64,000 bases of DNA from an uncultured Desulfospira sp. (GCA_963663165.1 OY760175.1:3328001-3392000), one strand, 5' to 3'. Positions 17,594-28,071 are shown, numbered from the stretch's first letter. Notes: a model not told the origin generated them from the letters alone. Numbers and translations are program-made.

Positions 17594-19444
17594 TCAGAAT
17601 CCGGGCAGGGTGCCAAACCCTCTGAAGGTCCAGTAAACGCCGGTGAGCAGCAGAAGCACGATGTTGGCGACAAAGAACAGAGGAATACCGGCTCTCAGGT
17701 AATCTTTGGGCTCCAGATAACCGCTGGCGTAAACAATGGCATTGGGAGGCGTGCCGATGATCAGACAGTAGGCAAAGGATGAGGCAATGGCCGTTGCCAT
17801 GGCCATGAAAGGCAGATAGTTGCTTGCCGGATGAACCATGCCGGCCATGTTCAGGGTAATGGGGCCTACGGATGCAGCTGCCGGGCCGTCCGCCATGAGG
17901 TTGGTTAAAATGGCGGTCATGCCGTTGGATACTGCCATAAGGGGCAGGCCGGAGTCAATGCCGAAGTTGGACAAAAATTCAATGGCGGTCCGGGCCAGCC
18001 AGTAGGCGGCACCCGTGTCATCCAGGGTCCGGCCGAAAATCAGGGCACCGGCATAGAGCCATACCACCCCCCAGTCCACCCTGTCCTGATAGTCACGCCA
18101 GTTGACCACGCCGGCCAGGATATAGGCGATGGCGCCGGCCACGGCAATGGTACCGATCCCCAGGCGGACCGGGTAGATGCCCATCTGGTAGAAGGCTTTT
18201 TCCGTAAACCAGCCGAACACCATGACCAGGAAGATGCAAAGGGCCCAGATCTGTTTGCTGTTCCAGCTGCCCATACGGTCGATCTCGTGGCGCAGGTGAT
18301 CCATGGCAGGGGCCAGGGTTACGGTTTTAGGCCGGAATCTGATGTTGATGATAAACCAGGTGACCGGGATCATGATGAACAGAAAGGGGAAACAGTAGGT
18401 GACCCACTGGAAATATCCGATATCAACGCCGAACATGTCGGTCAGATAGGTGATCATGATAACGTTTCTGGCACCGCCGGAAGGCGCACCGGGTCCGCCG
18501 ATGTTACAGGCCATGGCAATGGAGATCATTAACAGTTTGGCCAGCTCCTTGTCTTCGGGGACCTCGTCGGTCAGACTGTTCTGGTAGAGCAGCATGCCGA
18601 TGGGCAGGAACATGGCGGCCAGGGCATGATCCGAAATAAAGGCGGCCAGGGGGGTGATGATGATAAAGAAGACCAGGGTGATCATCTTGGGATTGGGCAC
18701 GGCCATGCGTTTGAACATCATCATGCAGACCCGCTTGTCCACCCCGGTTTTAACAAAGGCGGCGGCAAACATCAAAGAACCCATGATGAACCAGCAGGCA
18801 TCCCCCCAGTAAAGCATGGCCACCTGGCTGTAGCTGGTGACGCCGGTGAACACCACAATCAGGCCGATGCAGAAGGCCACCGCCGGCAGGGGGATACATT
18901 CGGTAAGAAAGCATAACACCACAAAAACACCCATGGCAACGGACACTTTAATCTTCCATGCCCCGTCGTCGGCCGACGCTTTGTCTTTGTCCTTGAGGTC
19001 CTCATATTTAAGCCCGGATTTTCTTAACTCCAGGGCCTTTTTCATCAGGGCCTGGAAATCATCGTCATTATAGCTGGCGTTGATAAACGCCTGGGCTTTT
19101 TCAAGGTTGGCTTTTTGAGCCGCAATTTTATATTTCTTGCACCACTTGGCATCCCGTTTCAGGAACCGGTCTTTGCTCAAAGCGCCGATGCGCATGTTCT
19201 GTTCCATAATCTGGGTGCATAACAGCTGCCATTGCTGAGCATCCTCGGATTTGACCGAGAACAGCTCGTTTGAAAGATAGGACAGCACCTTAGGGGTGGC
19301 CACCGTGTATTCCATCCCCACATCCTTCATGCCGTACGGGGTTGGCATAAAGAGTACCGCAAAAAACAGCACCACTGGAATGATAAAAATTTTCCAGTCT
19401 ATATATTTGTCATACCCGGTGACTTTCTTTTTCTCTTGTTTCAT
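17594..19444 (-). CDS. SLC13/DASS family anion (di/tricarboxylate or sulfate) permease
   Basis: 'ACNIGGPGAPSGGARN', 'VDWGVVWLYAG', 'IIGTPPNAIVYASG'. Confidence 0.93.
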   Translation of the reverse strand: MKQEKKKVTGYDKYIDWKIFIIPVVLFFAVLFMPTPYGMKDVGMEYTVATPKVLSYLSNELFSVKSEDAQQWQLLCTQIMEQNMRIGALSKDRFLKRDAKWCKKYKIAAQKANLEKAQAFINASYNDDDFQALMKKALELRKSGLKYEDLKDKDKASADDGAWKIKVSVAMGVFVVLCFLTECIPLPAVAFCIGLIVVFTGVTSYSQVAMLYWGDACWFIMGSLMFAAAFVKTGVDKRVCMMMFKRMAVPNPKMITLVFFIIITPLAAFISDHALAAMFLPIGMLLYQNSLTDEVPEDKELAKLLMISIAMACNIGGPGAPSGGARNVIMITYLTDMFGVDIGYFQWVTYCFPFLFIMIPVTWFIINIRFRPKTVTLAPAMDHLRHEIDRMGSWNSKQIWALCIFLVMVFGWFTEKAFYQMGIYPVRLGIGTIAVAGAIAYILAGVVNWRDYQDRVDWGVVWLYAGALIFGRTLDDTGAAYWLARTAIEFLSNFGIDSGLPLMAVSNGMTAILTNLMADGPAAASVGPITLNMAGMVHPASNYLPFMAMATAIASSFAYCLIIGTPPNAIVYASGYLEPKDYLRAGIPLFFVANIVLLLLTGVYWTFRGFGTLPGF

Positions 19445-19467
19445 TCAATCCACTCCTTGTCTACGAA

Positions 19468-19920
19468 TTATTCACGACCCTCTTTGAGGATTTCCCTGGG
19501 AGATTTCAGATACTGTCTGGCCTGGGCTGACCGGATTTTTTCTTCCTGGTTCATCCGCTTTCCAAAGGCCTGTTCCGCTTTTTCAATAATATCCTCGATA
19601 TCAGCAGGCTTCATCAGATAGTCAAAGGCCCCTGACTTGAGACCGTCTATGGCTGAATCCACTGTGGCATGGCCCGTGAGCATGATCACTTCCGTAAGGG
19701 GATACAGCTCTTTGATATGCTTTAAGGTTTCATTGCCGTCCATCCCGGGCATTTTAACATCCAGGACCACCACGTGGGTGGTGTGGGTCGCCATAAGTTC
19801 AAGCGCCTTTGCTCCGCTGTTGGCCGTAAGGGTGTGATACCCTTTTTTGTTCATCAGTTTACTGGTGGTCTCAAGGTACCGTTCTTCGTCATCCACCAGT
19901 AAGAGTTTCATTTTCTCCAT
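19468..19920 (-). CDS. Single-domain response regulator
   Basis: REC motifs 'LLVDDE', 'LDVKMP', 'MLTGHA', 'MKP'. Confidence 0.93.
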   Translation of the reverse strand: MEKMKLLLVDDEERYLETTSKLMNKKGYHTLTANSGAKALELMATHTTHVVVLDVKMPGMDGNETLKHIKELYPLTEVIMLTGHATVDSAIDGLKSGAFDYLMKPADIEDIIEKAEQAFGKRMNQEEKIRSAQARQYLKSPREILKEGRE

Positions 19921-20056
19921 GCATTGGCCTCCTTTGTTGGGTTGGGTGAAAGCATCACCCGTTTAATGTGATTTTTTCATACCGCACGGTATGGTGGGCA
20001 ATTTGGTTTTTCATGATCCAGCCGGCCCTGTTCTGCCCTTCAGGGGCTGGCCGGTT

Positions 20057-21766
20057 TTAAGTTCCATGGGCTGCCAGCCGGATTGAAAACACGGTCCCAA
20101 GGCCTGGCTGGCTGTCCACGGCCATGGTCCCGCCAAAGCTTTCAATGATGCCGAAACAGACCGAAAGCCCAAGCCCGGTTCCCTTTCCGACGGCTTTTGT
20201 TGTAAAAAAAGGACTGAAAATTTTATTCATGTGGCCGGGATCAATCCCGCACCCGTTGTCTTTGACCTGGATGTCCACCATGGTCCTGTCTTTTTCCTGA
20301 TCAGGCCGGGCCGTGATTTCAATTTTCCCGCCGCTGGCCCCATGCTGCCGGGACACGGCATCCATGGCATTGTTGATCAGGTTGAGCATGACCTGCTGGA
20401 ACCGGCCGGGATCACCCGTAAACGACGGGGTGTCCTCGGCAATGCGGGTGACCAGTTCAATGCCGTTGGCCTTTGCAGAGTTTCCAACCAGCTTGAGAAT
20501 GTCAGGGATCACCACGGCAGGGGACAGGGCGGTCTGTTTGACCTCTTTTTTCCGGCCGAATTTCAAAATAGAAGAGGTAATTCCGTGGCAGCGCTCCACC
20601 TGGCAGTGAATCTGATCCACGCTTTCCTCTATATCCGCCATGGTCTTGGGATCTGGCTTGCCGCCGTCCCCAGGGCACAGTTCCTCTAAAAGAATCTTGA
20701 GCATGGCGTATTCGCTTTTGATAATCTGAAGGGGATTGTTGATCTCATGGGCAAAGCCTGCGGCCATTTCTCCGATTTCCGCCAGCTGCACGGCCCGGAT
20801 CAGCTGGCTTCCGAGCTGTTCCTTTTCCTTATCCAGGCGGGCCATGCGGCGGATAATGGCCTCTGTGGTGAAATAGGCCAGAACCACCAGGGCGGCCAGC
20901 CCGAACACGGCAATGGTCACACAGATCAGGACTGCGGAATAAAGGGACCGGTAAGCATCATGTTTTTCCTGGCGGACCACCAGGTACCAGGATTTTCCGG
21001 AAAGTCGGGATACGGCATAAATAAAGGGCTGGCCTTTGGGGGACAGTTGGAAGGTATGCGGATTGGAGGAAAATTGATTTACCATCCACCCAAAGGCCGG
21101 ATCTTTGTCAAGAAGGGCGATGTCCCCGGACCGCCGGGCGGTCTGGGCCACGCCTTCGTGGTTCAGGATATAGGCTTCCCCGGTTTTTCCCATGCGCACC
21201 CCGGAGACCATGGCATCAAAAAACACGGTATCAATGGTGGCCCGAAGCACCCAGGTCCGGTTGTTCTCAAACTTGCGCACCGCCACCACAAAGTGGGGGA
21301 TATTCCGGTACCCTAAAAATACATCGCTGATATAAAACCCCTGGGCCATGGTATTTTGAAACCAGGGTTCTGCGGTGTAACGCTTGCCGGCCAGGGCATA
21401 AGTACCTGAATATTTTAAATGATTGCCCTTATCATCAAAGAGCCCCAAATCCACAAAGGCCTCAGAGCGTTCCTGAATGCTCAAAAAGATGGCATCAATG
21501 GCGCCCGGGGCATTGATATCTTCAAAGCAATACACCCGGGTCATCAGCTCAAGGTCGGCTTTTCTTTCGAGCAGGAAGGATTCAATCATCCGGCGATGGT
21601 CTGTCAGTGTTCTTTCAAGGCTGATCTGGGTGGATTTATCCAGGGTTGAGGAAAAAAAATAAAAACTGACGCCCACAACAAGGATAAAGGGGATCATGGG
21701 GAAAAAGGTCATGTTCAGGAAGATAATTCTTTTGAGCCCTTGTCTGTTTTGTTTTGTTTTACCCAA
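20057..21766 (-). CDS. Membrane sensor histidine kinase with Cache domain
   Basis: H-box 'AGFAHEINNP', N/G1/F/G2 boxes; start reset to TTG 21766 after AAGGA RBS because a sigma54 site lies within the longer ORF. Confidence 0.9.
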   Translation of the reverse strand: MGKTKQNRQGLKRIIFLNMTFFPMIPFILVVGVSFYFFSSTLDKSTQISLERTLTDHRRMIESFLLERKADLELMTRVYCFEDINAPGAIDAIFLSIQERSEAFVDLGLFDDKGNHLKYSGTYALAGKRYTAEPWFQNTMAQGFYISDVFLGYRNIPHFVVAVRKFENNRTWVLRATIDTVFFDAMVSGVRMGKTGEAYILNHEGVAQTARRSGDIALLDKDPAFGWMVNQFSSNPHTFQLSPKGQPFIYAVSRLSGKSWYLVVRQEKHDAYRSLYSAVLICVTIAVFGLAALVVLAYFTTEAIIRRMARLDKEKEQLGSQLIRAVQLAEIGEMAAGFAHEINNPLQIIKSEYAMLKILLEELCPGDGGKPDPKTMADIEESVDQIHCQVERCHGITSSILKFGRKKEVKQTALSPAVVIPDILKLVGNSAKANGIELVTRIAEDTPSFTGDPGRFQQVMLNLINNAMDAVSRQHGASGGKIEITARPDQEKDRTMVDIQVKDNGCGIDPGHMNKIFSPFFTTKAVGKGTGLGLSVCFGIIESFGGTMAVDSQPGLGTVFSIRLAAHGT

Positions 21767-21834
21767 GGTTATGTCCTTTTTAGCGGTTAGCGGATAGCTT
21801 ACGGCTGTTGGTTCGTTTACCTGACTGGGGATAG

Positions 21835-21850
21835 AGCAACTATGGTGCCC
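21835..21850 (-). promoter_or_regulatory. Sigma54 (-24/-12) promoter
   Basis: Reverse strand GGGCAC-CATAG-TTGCT with exact GG-N10-GC spacing. Confidence 0.7.
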
Positions 21851-22179
21851 GGGGTGTACCACACGACAAGAAATTATTTAAACGATTGAAATAAAAGAAT
21901 AAAATAATACAGCCCCCCTTGAAGAAGGGCAGGGTTTCCAGAGGGGATTGCGGCCGGACGCCGTCCAGGTGTTTGTCAAACTGTAAAAAGGTATGACACC
22001 TGTGTCGGGGTCAAATCAGGGCAATGGCATGCACCTGCTGACGGTTTGATAAGACGGTAGGGATCAATGTATGGAAAGGCGGCCGAAAACGGAAGGAAGG
22101 AAGAAAGGAAGCTGGCAACGGGAGACCGGATTTTGCCAATTCCTAAGCGTTGTGCATCCGGTCTCCGGTTCTCTTGGAT

Positions 22180-22362
22180 TTATATGAAAGTCTCACTAAC
22201 AGGCTGAAAAGACTTTCATTTTTCGTTGTGGACGGTGCTTGGTTGGATAACCCAAGCCGTCCGTGACGGTTATATGAAAGTCTCACTAACAAGCCGAAAA
22301 GACTTTCATTTTTCGTTGTGGGCGGTGCTTGGTTGGATAATCCAAGCCGTCCGTGACGGTTA
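22180..22362 (+). repeat. 90-bp REP-like element, tandem copies 2 and 3
   Basis: Two head-to-tail near-identical 90-bp units (22180, 22270) ending on the radical SAM stop codon. Confidence 0.93.
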
Positions 22363-24012
22363 AAGAAAAACCATCCGTCTCTTTTCAAGCTCATCCAGAT
22401 TACGGCGAAGGCTGGCGATATAGTTCGCTTTTTTGACGGATTCAGGAACTTGTGACAGTTTTTCCATCTCTTTGGTGATCACCCGGTCGGCCTCTATGCG
22501 GCATCGCTCATAATGGGCTTCGGGCTGGCTGAAAAATCCGTACTTCTCTCGTTGTTCAATGGTAAATTCAACAGAGGAATAGATCATTTCCACGATCTGC
22601 TTTTTTTCCATTAAGGCTGTTTCATAATTCAACCACTGATGCCATGACGGCTCAGACAGTCCCCGGACATATTCTTCCAGGTTCTTATATAAAAGCCTGT
22701 ACCCGTATTTTCCGGGTGAATCAAACGCCTGCGAACCAGGGTCCAGAACGATTGGGCCCAATATCTGTCCGCCAATGGGAACGTTTTCCTCAATGGCATG
22801 AAACTCCCCTTTGGAGAAGGCCTCATGCTCCATCTGATCAAGTTGCCGCCACAGGTCCCAGGTTTTTTTCGCGTCCATCTCTGACTCATCGGCAAGCCCG
22901 ACGGAAAAGAAGTTGGTGACCGGGATCCGGTATTCGTGACAGATCTTTATGGTATGGATAACCTGGTCGTTGGTATACCCCCTGCCCAGGCGCTTTCGAA
23001 CCTTGTCTGATCCCGTATTGGGGCAGAAATGGAGGATAATGTTGTGGGCAACCCCTCTGATTTCCCTGATATAATCTTCATCCACAGGGGCCAGGATATC
23101 CAGGGACAACCGGTCCAGAACCGGTCTTTCCCTCTTGAGGGCTGCCACCAGTTCCTGCCAGTATGCGCGCCCTGCCATCCGGGGATCCTGGAACAGCCCG
23201 ATAAACGTAATGCCCTGGTCGTTCAGCTTTTTCATGTCGGCTGCAATCTTCCCGGGACTCCTGAACGACGGTTTTGCCATATTGAGATATTTTTTATAGG
23301 TGTAGGCGGAACCGCCGCAGATGGAGCAGTTGTGAACACACCCCCTGCAGACTTCAAGACTGTAGCGGCTCACGGAGTCCGCCGGGTAGACAGAGGTTTT
23401 GGGATCGAGAAGATCAAACCGGGTATATTCAAACTCATCCAGATCAACACTGGCCGGCATCAGGGGGGTCACGTGGACCTTTCCGTGAGAATCCCGGCAG
23501 GTCAGGTTCGGTGTGACGCCGAGTTGTCCGGTTTTTTCATAAGCCCGGACCATCCGGAGAAATGGCTTTTCAGCCTCCGCCCTGATCACCGCGTCAATGA
23601 ATTCATATTTTTCAATTATCTCATCATGAAACCGGGTTGCTGTCAGCCCGCCAACCACGACAACGGCATTTGGGTGATGTTTTTTGCACAGCCGGGCAAT
23701 CTCCAGCGCGCCCTGGGAATGCTGCTGAAAGTGCAGGCTGATCCCAAAGATGCCGGCCTCGGATTCCCGGATGTGCCGGTCGACATCAAAATCAGGCGAA
23801 TTGATCATACGGTCACCGAGATTATCCAGCACAACCCTGTAACCGTGCCGGTCCAGATACTCGGCAATGCTCAGCATGCCAATGGGCACCTTACTGAATT
23901 GGAGCCCTTCCACGGTTCGGCCCAACATTCCGGGAAACATTGGCCGGGATCTGAAATCGTAAATTGCCGGAGGATGAAAGAGAATGATATCGTATTTACT
24001 CATCGGGTCCAT
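22360..24012 (-). CDS. B12-binding-domain radical SAM protein
   Basis: 'PIGMLSIA', 'VVVGGLTAT', CxxxCxxC 'CVHNCSIC'. Confidence 0.92.
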   Translation of the reverse strand: MDPMSKYDIILFHPPAIYDFRSRPMFPGMLGRTVEGLQFSKVPIGMLSIAEYLDRHGYRVVLDNLGDRMINSPDFDVDRHIRESEAGIFGISLHFQQHSQGALEIARLCKKHHPNAVVVVGGLTATRFHDEIIEKYEFIDAVIRAEAEKPFLRMVRAYEKTGQLGVTPNLTCRDSHGKVHVTPLMPASVDLDEFEYTRFDLLDPKTSVYPADSVSRYSLEVCRGCVHNCSICGGSAYTYKKYLNMAKPSFRSPGKIAADMKKLNDQGITFIGLFQDPRMAGRAYWQELVAALKRERPVLDRLSLDILAPVDEDYIREIRGVAHNIILHFCPNTGSDKVRKRLGRGYTNDQVIHTIKICHEYRIPVTNFFSVGLADESEMDAKKTWDLWRQLDQMEHEAFSKGEFHAIEENVPIGGQILGPIVLDPGSQAFDSPGKYGYRLLYKNLEEYVRGLSEPSWHQWLNYETALMEKKQIVEMIYSSVEFTIEQREKYGFFSQPEAHYERCRIEADRVITKEMEKLSQVPESVKKANYIASLRRNLDELEKRRMVFL

Positions 24013-24200
24013 AGCTCCTGTTAAAATAGTGGCCTGTATAGGACAGGCAAATACGCTTTGTCAAGTATTTTGGAAACCGATTGTTTTCAAGGGATGACAC
24101 CGGCAGCCGCGAAATTTTAAGGTTGAAAAAAGCCCGTGACTTGCTTATGAATTGATTATCCTTTAATAATATCAAAACCCCATACATCAAAAGGAGCCCC

Positions 24201-25304
24201 ATGCTAGTCTCTTTAATTGTCGCGGCAGGTGTCATTGTCCTGATCATTGTCCTGGTTGTTCGCGGGCTGAACCGGCCTGACGATCGCACCATGGCGCCTT
24301 TTGAGCCGGCATCACCGGATTTGTCCCCATCCGCCCCCATGGACGACCTGGAATCAGAACTGCTGTCGGCCGGCCGTCAGCGCCGCCCTGAATTTGAATA
24401 CACGCCCCTGCCTGAACGCATTGGCCTTTATGAAGGGGATGACCTGTCAGGGGAACTGCTTGATACCATACAGAAAAAGCTGAAAACCCTGACCCCGCCC
24501 ACATCAGCTGCCTTTAAAATCTTAAAGCTCCTTGACAATCCCAATGTAAAAAACGAAGAGATCGCATCTGTGGTGTCCACTGACCCGGTCTTTTCCGCAA
24601 ATGTCTTAAAAGTGGTTAATTCAGCCTATTACAGCCTGCCCAATAAGGTCAGTTCCGTGGGGTCGGCCATCCTTTTTATGGGATACAATACCTTCAAGGT
24701 CATGGTCATGCAGCATAATTTAAAGGATGCCCTGCCCAAAACCCAGAATGCCCGGCAAAAAAAAGAGTACAATGACCTGTGGCTTCACTCCACCGTGGTT
24801 TCGGCCTGCGCCTATTACCTGGGCAAAAAAATTTTTCATCAGTATGAGCAGGAATTGGGCACTATCGGGCTGCTCCATGATATCGGCAAGTACTATCTGC
24901 CCTTGTTTGAAAAAAAGGCCGGGGCCCCGGATCACCCCCTGTCCTGTGTTGAGGAAGACCTTGCCTACGGGGTCAACCACGGGGTTTTAGGCGGCTATAT
25001 GGCCAGGGAATGGAACCTTCCGGAAATGATCGCCAACGCGGTTCATTACCATCACTATCCCCAGTTTTTCACCCCGGACAAAATTCCCAATGAATACCGC
25101 CAGATCAGTTTTATCACCAGTCTTGCCAACCTGGTGTGCAAAGCTTACGGCTATTACGGAAAAGGGGAGCAGATCTCTCCTATTCTTGAAGACTACTTTG
25201 AGCTTTACGAGATAGATCCGGACTTAAACGGCATCTTTTCCAAAGACCTTGAAAAAGAGCTTGAAAAGGCCCGGTATGCCGTAGAAGTGTTTATGAACGA
25301 ATGA
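24201..25304 (+). CDS. Membrane-anchored HDOD domain protein
   Basis: 'DPVFSANVLKVVNSAYY', 'LWLHS', 'GLLHDIGK', 'WNLPE'; N-terminal TM. Confidence 0.92.
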   Translation: MLVSLIVAAGVIVLIIVLVVRGLNRPDDRTMAPFEPASPDLSPSAPMDDLESELLSAGRQRRPEFEYTPLPERIGLYEGDDLSGELLDTIQKKLKTLTPPTSAAFKILKLLDNPNVKNEEIASVVSTDPVFSANVLKVVNSAYYSLPNKVSSVGSAILFMGYNTFKVMVMQHNLKDALPKTQNARQKKEYNDLWLHSTVVSACAYYLGKKIFHQYEQELGTIGLLHDIGKYYLPLFEKKAGAPDHPLSCVEEDLAYGVNHGVLGGYMAREWNLPEMIANAVHYHHYPQFFTPDKIPNEYRQISFITSLANLVCKAYGYYGKGEQISPILEDYFELYEIDPDLNGIFSKDLEKELEKARYAVEVFMNE

Positions 25305-25578
25305 AAGGAATTTTGCCCGGCGTACAGCGTTAAGTTCACACCAGATCCAAGACCCCGTTGATATGAAGAATCAACGGGGTCTTGAATTTTAAATTTTTGC
25401 CCCAACTAGGAAAAATTTTTCATATATTTATGAAATTAAGGTTCGAACTTTATTACCTTTTTTACATAATCCCATTGTTGTATCCGGGTTTTTCCTCTCC
25501 CATAAAATCCCATTTATATAAAAAATTGTTTTAAATTCGAAATATTTATAATATAACTGCTGTAATTCTTTATATCTT

Positions 25579-25594
25579 TGGCACCAATCATGCT
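25579..25594 (+). promoter_or_regulatory. Sigma54 promoter upstream of PEP-CTERM-type gene
   Basis: TGGCAC-CAATC-ATGCT in AT-rich intergenic region. Confidence 0.65.
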
Positions 25595-25690
25595 TAAACA
25601 AATATATTGAAAACGATTTTGGGACTTAACATAGCCATTTGAAACCAACAAAAAACCGGTTAAGCACCAAATTAAAAAGGACACAACATA

Positions 25691-26440
25691 ATGAAACATA
25701 TTTTATTCGGTCTGACGCTGATTGCTGGAATTCTCGGTTTATGGGGACTTTCCTTTGCCGCTTCCTATTCCGGGATTATCTATGACACCCCGGGCGCCAA
25801 TGATATCTATGGAAACCCCGATACCTATGACGTCTATGCAATGACGGTGGATTATTACAGTGACGGGGATCAAAACTATTTGAAAGTGGTGATACTCACC
25901 GATTATGATACTTCAAAAGATTCTCAAACAACCTATGGTGATTTATTTATCAGTATTGACGGCAATAACGGCTGGGATTATGCCTTTGATGTAAGCGACT
26001 CAACGCTTTACAACATCAGCAGTGCTTCAGACCAATACATCCTCACCGCCAATGAATACTCTGACCAGTACAAATACAATTGGGACACAGCGGGGTATAG
26101 ACCCGATGCGGTGGTTTTGGTGGTCCCTGATCCCGACGGCGATGGTGGCATTTCCCCCCTGGTGAGTATCAGTGATGACTCCGACGGATCAACAGTGGTT
26201 CATGCGTCGGCGACAAACAGCACCCTCTATCAATACACCTATACCATGACAATCAACGTGACCGGTGTGGATGAATTTAATCCGGATAATTTCGACCCGA
26301 CCCAGCTTTACCTGTACTGGACCATGACCTGCGGCAATGATATCATTGAAGGCACCCCCGAAGCCGTTCCGGTACCGGCCAGTATCAGCCTTTTGGCATT
26401 AGGCTTAGCCCTGGTCATAAGCCGCAGGAGAAGCTTCTAA
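25691..26440 (+). CDS. PEP-CTERM-type (exosortase substrate) surface protein
   Basis: Signal peptide; 'WTMTCGNDII'; C-terminal 'VPVPASISLLALGLALVISRRR'. Confidence 0.85.
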   Translation: MKHILFGLTLIAGILGLWGLSFAASYSGIIYDTPGANDIYGNPDTYDVYAMTVDYYSDGDQNYLKVVILTDYDTSKDSQTTYGDLFISIDGNNGWDYAFDVSDSTLYNISSASDQYILTANEYSDQYKYNWDTAGYRPDAVVLVVPDPDGDGGISPLVSISDDSDGSTVVHASATNSTLYQYTYTMTINVTGVDEFNPDNFDPTQLYLYWTMTCGNDIIEGTPEAVPVPASISLLALGLALVISRRRSF

Positions 26441-26466
26441 ACGCCGCATACCCCCTTTTATCGCTT

Positions 26467-26504
26467 AAGGCAGCGCCTTTTTAAAGGGCGCTGCCTTTTT
26501 TTTT
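26467..26504 (+). terminator. Rho-independent terminator
   Basis: AAGGCAGCGCC...GGCGCTGCC followed by T9. Confidence 0.85.
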
Positions 26505-26596
26505 GAAACATTAAATATCCGGGCTGACGCCCGTGTTTGGGCGAAAATTTGGCCAGGCATTGACATATTGGCCCTCAAATCCTAATACTTGACATT

Positions 26597-27226
26597 ATGA
26601 CTTTATCTAAGCAGCTTTGGAACGACAATCAGGACCTGGCCACAGCCTCTTTGGAGAACCCTTTTGTCCAGGGAATTCTTTTTGGTACCCTGGACAAGGA
26701 AAAATTTTCTCACTATGTCAGCCAGGATTCATTTTTTCTTAAAGCCTTTGCCCGCGCTTATATTATCGCCGGGGCCAAGGCACCGGACTGGGAAGACTTT
26801 ATCAAATTGCACGGCCTTGCCCAGGGGGTTTTTGAAGAGTTGGCGTTACACCAGAAATATGCCCGGAACTGGGGCGTAACCGTTGACCAGGTAGCCCCTT
26901 CCCCGGCGACCAGGCGTTACACGGATTTTGTCATGGCAACCGCCTGGGGGTATGATACCGGGCTTACCGTGACCGCGTTGACGCCCTGTATGCGCCTTTA
27001 TGCCTTTCTGGGGCAGACCCTGTCAGAACAGCAGTCCGCTTTGCCCCACGCCTACACGGACTGGATTGAAACCTACAGCTCCGGTGAAATTGAAGCACTG
27101 GCCTGTGATTTAGAAGCCCTGGTGGACAAGTATGCAGACCCTGAAAACCCGTTGACGGCCGATACCTACCGGTATGCCATGGCCTGTGAAAGGGATTTTT
27201 TTCAGGCCGCCTTTGAAAAAGCCTGA
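26597..27226 (+). CDS. tenA: TenA/THI-4 family thiaminase II
   Basis: 'NPFVQG..GTL', 'YVSQD.FFL', 'PCMRLY', 'YTDWIETY', 'ERDFF'. Confidence 0.9.
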   Translation: MTLSKQLWNDNQDLATASLENPFVQGILFGTLDKEKFSHYVSQDSFFLKAFARAYIIAGAKAPDWEDFIKLHGLAQGVFEELALHQKYARNWGVTVDQVAPSPATRRYTDFVMATAWGYDTGLTVTALTPCMRLYAFLGQTLSEQQSALPHAYTDWIETYSSGEIEALACDLEALVDKYADPENPLTADTYRYAMACERDFFQAAFEKA

Positions 27227-27259
27227 TCCATCCGCGCCGGCCGTTTAAAAGGAACCGCC

Positions 27260-27832
27260 ATGATCGTTGCAGTTAACGGGAAACGCCCCGTCATCGGCAA
27301 AGAGGTTTATATTGCACCCAATGCCGTTATTGTGGGAGATGTTGTTTTAAAAGACAGGTCCAGCGTCTGGTTCGGCGCTGTTATCCGGGGCGATGAAGGC
27401 CGCATTGTCATTGGCGAGGGCACCAGCGTCCAGGACAATTGCGTGGTCCATGTGAACGCCAGTTCCGATACCGTGATTGAAGGCGATGTCACCATTGGCC
27501 ACGGCGTGGTGATGGAGGGCTGCACCATCCAAAAAGGAACCCTCATCGGCATGAACGCCACCATCTTAAGCCATGCCCAAATCGGCGAAGGCGCGCTTAT
27601 TGCAGCCGGTTCCGTGGTCAGGGAACATTTTGTTGTCCCGGCCCACCACATGGCGGCAGGTGTCCCCGCCAAAATCATACAACCCCTCTCTGCGGAACTG
27701 AAGGCCAGGATTGCAAAAGCACCCGGGCATTATGCCCAAAGCCGCCGGTGTTACCTTGAGGCCAGTCAAATCATCTATCCCCTGAAGCAAAAACAGAAAG
27801 AAAAAAACACATTAAAAAGGCCTTCATGTTGA
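27260..27832 (+). CDS. Gamma-carbonic anhydrase family (YrdA/PaaY-like) protein
   Basis: Hexapeptide repeats; 'WFGAVIRGD', 'VQDNCVVH', 'TIGH'. Confidence 0.92.
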   Translation: MIVAVNGKRPVIGKEVYIAPNAVIVGDVVLKDRSSVWFGAVIRGDEGRIVIGEGTSVQDNCVVHVNASSDTVIEGDVTIGHGVVMEGCTIQKGTLIGMNATILSHAQIGEGALIAAGSVVREHFVVPAHHMAAGVPAKIIQPLSAELKARIAKAPGHYAQSRRCYLEASQIIYPLKQKQKEKNTLKRPSC

Positions 27833-27856
27833 TCAGATGGCTCTGCAGTCATATTA

Positions 27857-27960
27857 ACAAGGGGAAGATTATTTTGGGCCATAATGATATCTTTACCCTG
27901 AAAAGCCATGTCAACCAACTTGGACCATTCTGCCTTTGCTTCCAATACATTAACGATCAT
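27857..27960 (-). pseudogene. Truncated duplicate of the Phd/YefM antitoxin
   Basis: MIVNVLEAKAEWSKLVDMAFQGKDIIMAQNNLPLV matches 32476 antitoxin then diverges; upstream DNA also duplicated. Confidence 0.85.
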
Positions 27961-28071
27961 TTTTAAAATCTCCGGTTATTTTCACAAAACAAAAGCCGGT
28001 CCCCCGCTGCCAAGTTGAGCCAGGTTGGTCACGCGATAATCAAAGTCTGCCTCCATCTGTTCTAAATTTAG

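Noticed and set aside
22180..22362. CRISPR array (also 29193-29378)
   Set aside because: Units are 90-bp head-to-tail copies with no unique spacers, and no cas genes are present
23029..24024. Long antisense ORFs (e.g. 331 aa here, also 1065-1811 and 2073-2882)
   Set aside because: Shadow frames of well-supported genes with no recognisable motifs
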